Assembly (NCBI GenBank): GCA_040756235.1 | Contig: JBFLZG010000156.1 | Span: 1 to 48,764 of the forward strand | Direction: 5' to 3' | DNA length: 48,764 bases | From: a bacterium | Lineage (GTDB): Bacteria > Desulfobacterota > DSWW01 | Shown: one piece after another, positions 46,970 to 48,764 of the stretch | How the letters are laid out: every line of letters begins with the position of its first letter | Numbering within the stretch: the first letter of the stretch is position 1 | The notes under the pieces: generated by a model | Databases searched by the model: none | What the model was told of the DNA's origin: nothing | Seen by the model: only the letters and a program-made list of their open reading frames with translations | Program-made: the position numbers and the translations under genes

Positions 46970-48523
46970 TCACAGGGGGATGTTGCCGTGCTTGCGGTTC
47001 GGTCTTTCCAGTTTTTTTCCTTCGAGGACCTGCAGCGTCCGGATCAGCCTGTGGCGGGTGTCCCGCGGGAAGATCACGTCGTCGATGTAGCCCCGGTTGG
47101 CGGCCAGGAACGGGTGGGCGAAGGACTTTCGGTACTGCTCCATCTTCTCGGACAGCACGGCATCGGGGTTGTCAGCCGCCTGGATCTCCTTGCGGTAGAT
47201 CACCTCGCTTGCGCCCCTGGGCCCCATCACGGCGATCTCCGCCGTGGGCCAGGCGTAGTTGATGTCGCAGCGGATGTGCTTCGAGTTCATCACCAGGTAG
47301 GCGCCGCCGTAGGCCTTGCGGATGAGGACGGTGATGCGCGGCACCGTGGCCTCCACGAAGGCGTAGAGGAGCTTGGCGCCGTGGCGGATGATGCCGCCGT
47401 GCTCCTGCTCCGGGCCCGGCATGAAGCCGGGCACGTCGACGAAACAGATGAGGGGGATGTTGAATGCATCGCAGAACCGAACGAACCGGGCGCCCTTGGC
47501 CGAGGCGTCGGCGTCGAGAACGCCGGCGAGGACCGCGGGCTGGTTGGCCACCAGGCCGATGGTCTGGCCGCCCAACCGGCCGAAGCCGACGATGAGGTTC
47601 CTGGCGAACTGGGGCTGGACCTCCAGGAACTCGGAGCCGTCCAGCACGCTCTCGATGAGGACCCGCATGTCATAGGTCTGGTGCGGGCCCGGGGGGACCA
47701 AGTGGTCGAGAGCGGGGTCGGTGCGGTCCGGCGGGTCGCGGAGGTCGAGAAAGGGAGCGGTCTGCCGGTTGTTCGAGGGGAGGTAGTTGATCAGCTGGCG
47801 AACCGCGCGCAGACACAGGATGTCGTTGGGCACGACGAAGTGGGCCACCCCGCTGCGGGTGGCGTGAATCTCGGCTCCCCCCAGCTCCTCCATGCTGATG
47901 TCCTTGTGGATGACCGTCTTGACCACGCTCGGGCCGGTCACGAACATGTGGGAGGAATTCTCGACCATGAAGACGAAGTCGGTCATGGCCGGGCTGTACA
48001 CGGCCCCGCCCGCGCAAGGCCCCATGATGCACGAGATCTGCGGGACCACGCCGCTGGCGTCCACGTTTCTGCGGAAGATCTCGCCGTAGGCTGCCAGCGC
48101 ATCCACTCCTTCCTGGATGCGGGCGCCGCCGGAGTCGTTGAGGCCGATGATCGGGGCGCCCACGCGCACCGCCTGGTCCATGACCTTGCAGATCTTCTGC
48201 GAGTGCGCCTCGCCCAGGGAACCGCCCATGACGGTGAAGTCCTGGCTGAAGATGAACACCTCCCTGCCGTCGATCGTGCCGTGGCCGGTGACGACCCCGT
48301 CTCCCAGGAAGGAGCGGTCGCCGCCCAGGGTGCCCCCTCTGCCGCTTTTCAGCGTATCGAACTCCTCGAGGGAGCCCTCGTCCAGGAGCAGATCGATCCG
48401 CTCGCGGGCGGTGAGCTTGCCCCTGCGGTGCTGGTCCTCGATGCGGGCCGTCCCGCCGCCGACGAACGCCTCCTGCTTGAGCTTCTCGAGCGTGTCCAGG
48501 TTGTCGTGAATGGGCCAGTTCAT
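46970..48523 (-). CDS. pccB: Acyl-CoA (propionyl/methylmalonyl-CoA-type) carboxyltransferase beta subunit
   Basis: [44 protein letters not shown] and KHGNIPL. Confidence 0.9.
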   Translation of the reverse strand: MNWPIHDNLDTLEKLKQEAFVGGGTARIEDQHRRGKLTARERIDLLLDEGSLEEFDTLKSGRGGTLGGDRSFLGDGVVTGHGTIDGREVFIFSQDFTVMGGSLGEAHSQKICKVMDQAVRVGAPIIGLNDSGGARIQEGVDALAAYGEIFRRNVDASGVVPQISCIMGPCAGGAVYSPAMTDFVFMVENSSHMFVTGPSVVKTVIHKDISMEELGGAEIHATRSGVAHFVVPNDILCLRAVRQLINYLPSNNRQTAPFLDLRDPPDRTDPALDHLVPPGPHQTYDMRVLIESVLDGSEFLEVQPQFARNLIVGFGRLGGQTIGLVANQPAVLAGVLDADASAKGARFVRFCDAFNIPLICFVDVPGFMPGPEQEHGGIIRHGAKLLYAFVEATVPRITVLIRKAYGGAYLVMNSKHIRCDINYAWPTAEIAVMGPRGASEVIYRKEIQAADNPDAVLSEKMEQYRKSFAHPFLAANRGYIDDVIFPRDTRHRLIRTLQVLEGKKLERPNRKHGNIPL

Positions 48524-48724
48524 GGGTTTCCTCCGGAAACGACGCGATGGCCTCGCCTGGCAGCTTTTGCCAGGCAGGCGCACATCGAAACATTTTCATC
48601 AGAATTGCGGTCGGAATGCAACGCGGGCTAGGGACGTGGACACTCGGTAGGATGGACAAAGCGAAGCGTGTCCACCAACCAGGGAAGGGCTTGATGTGCG
48701 GCGGGTGCTGGCAGACCACATCTT

Positions 48725-48748
48725 GTAGGGGCGACGCATGCGTCGCCC
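48725..48748 (+). repeat. GTAG-type REP palindrome
   Basis: GTAGGGGCGACGCATGCGTCGCCC; near-identical core at 17335-17354. Confidence 0.7.
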
Positions 48749-48764
48749 GTTCCGGAGGCCCGAC

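Overview
GC-rich chromosomal window, probably from an anaerobic Deltaproteobacteria-like (Desulfobacterota) bacterium; this is inferred from gene content, repeat families and the alr-mlaE-mlaF-mlaD-purD-purE-tsaC synteny. The left half (1-27 kb) is accessory and partly decaying. It holds a sulfatase island (Cys-type arylsulfatase, SphA-like and AlgE-like outer-membrane barrels, DUF3313 and DUF4056 lipoproteins), Fe-S, hydrolase, acyl-CoA ligase, SDR and TetR genes, a sigma54 GAF-AAA+ activator flanked by two geometrically identical enhancer/promoter modules, an octaheme cytochrome c lipoprotein, a GH50-like glycoside hydrolase, an acyltransferase-3, and at least seven gene remnants, several with large internal deletions. 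The right half is mostly core: Ca/Na antiporter, thiolase, tsaC, purE, purD, mlaDFE, alr, a PAS histidine kinase plus receiver, a BT1-type MFS transporter and acyl-CoA carboxylase subunits. Two oddities sit in the right half: a lipoprotein built from about 20 aromatic-Pro-aromatic repeats between alr and mlaE, and a divergent pair of paralogous stand-alone condensation-domain acyltransferases. Intergenic DNA carries at least five palindromic REP-like families and a 181-bp MITE inserted into a REP loop with an 8-bp target duplication. No rRNA, tRNA, CRISPR array, integrase or transposase was recognised. All family assignments come from motif recognition by eye, not database searches.
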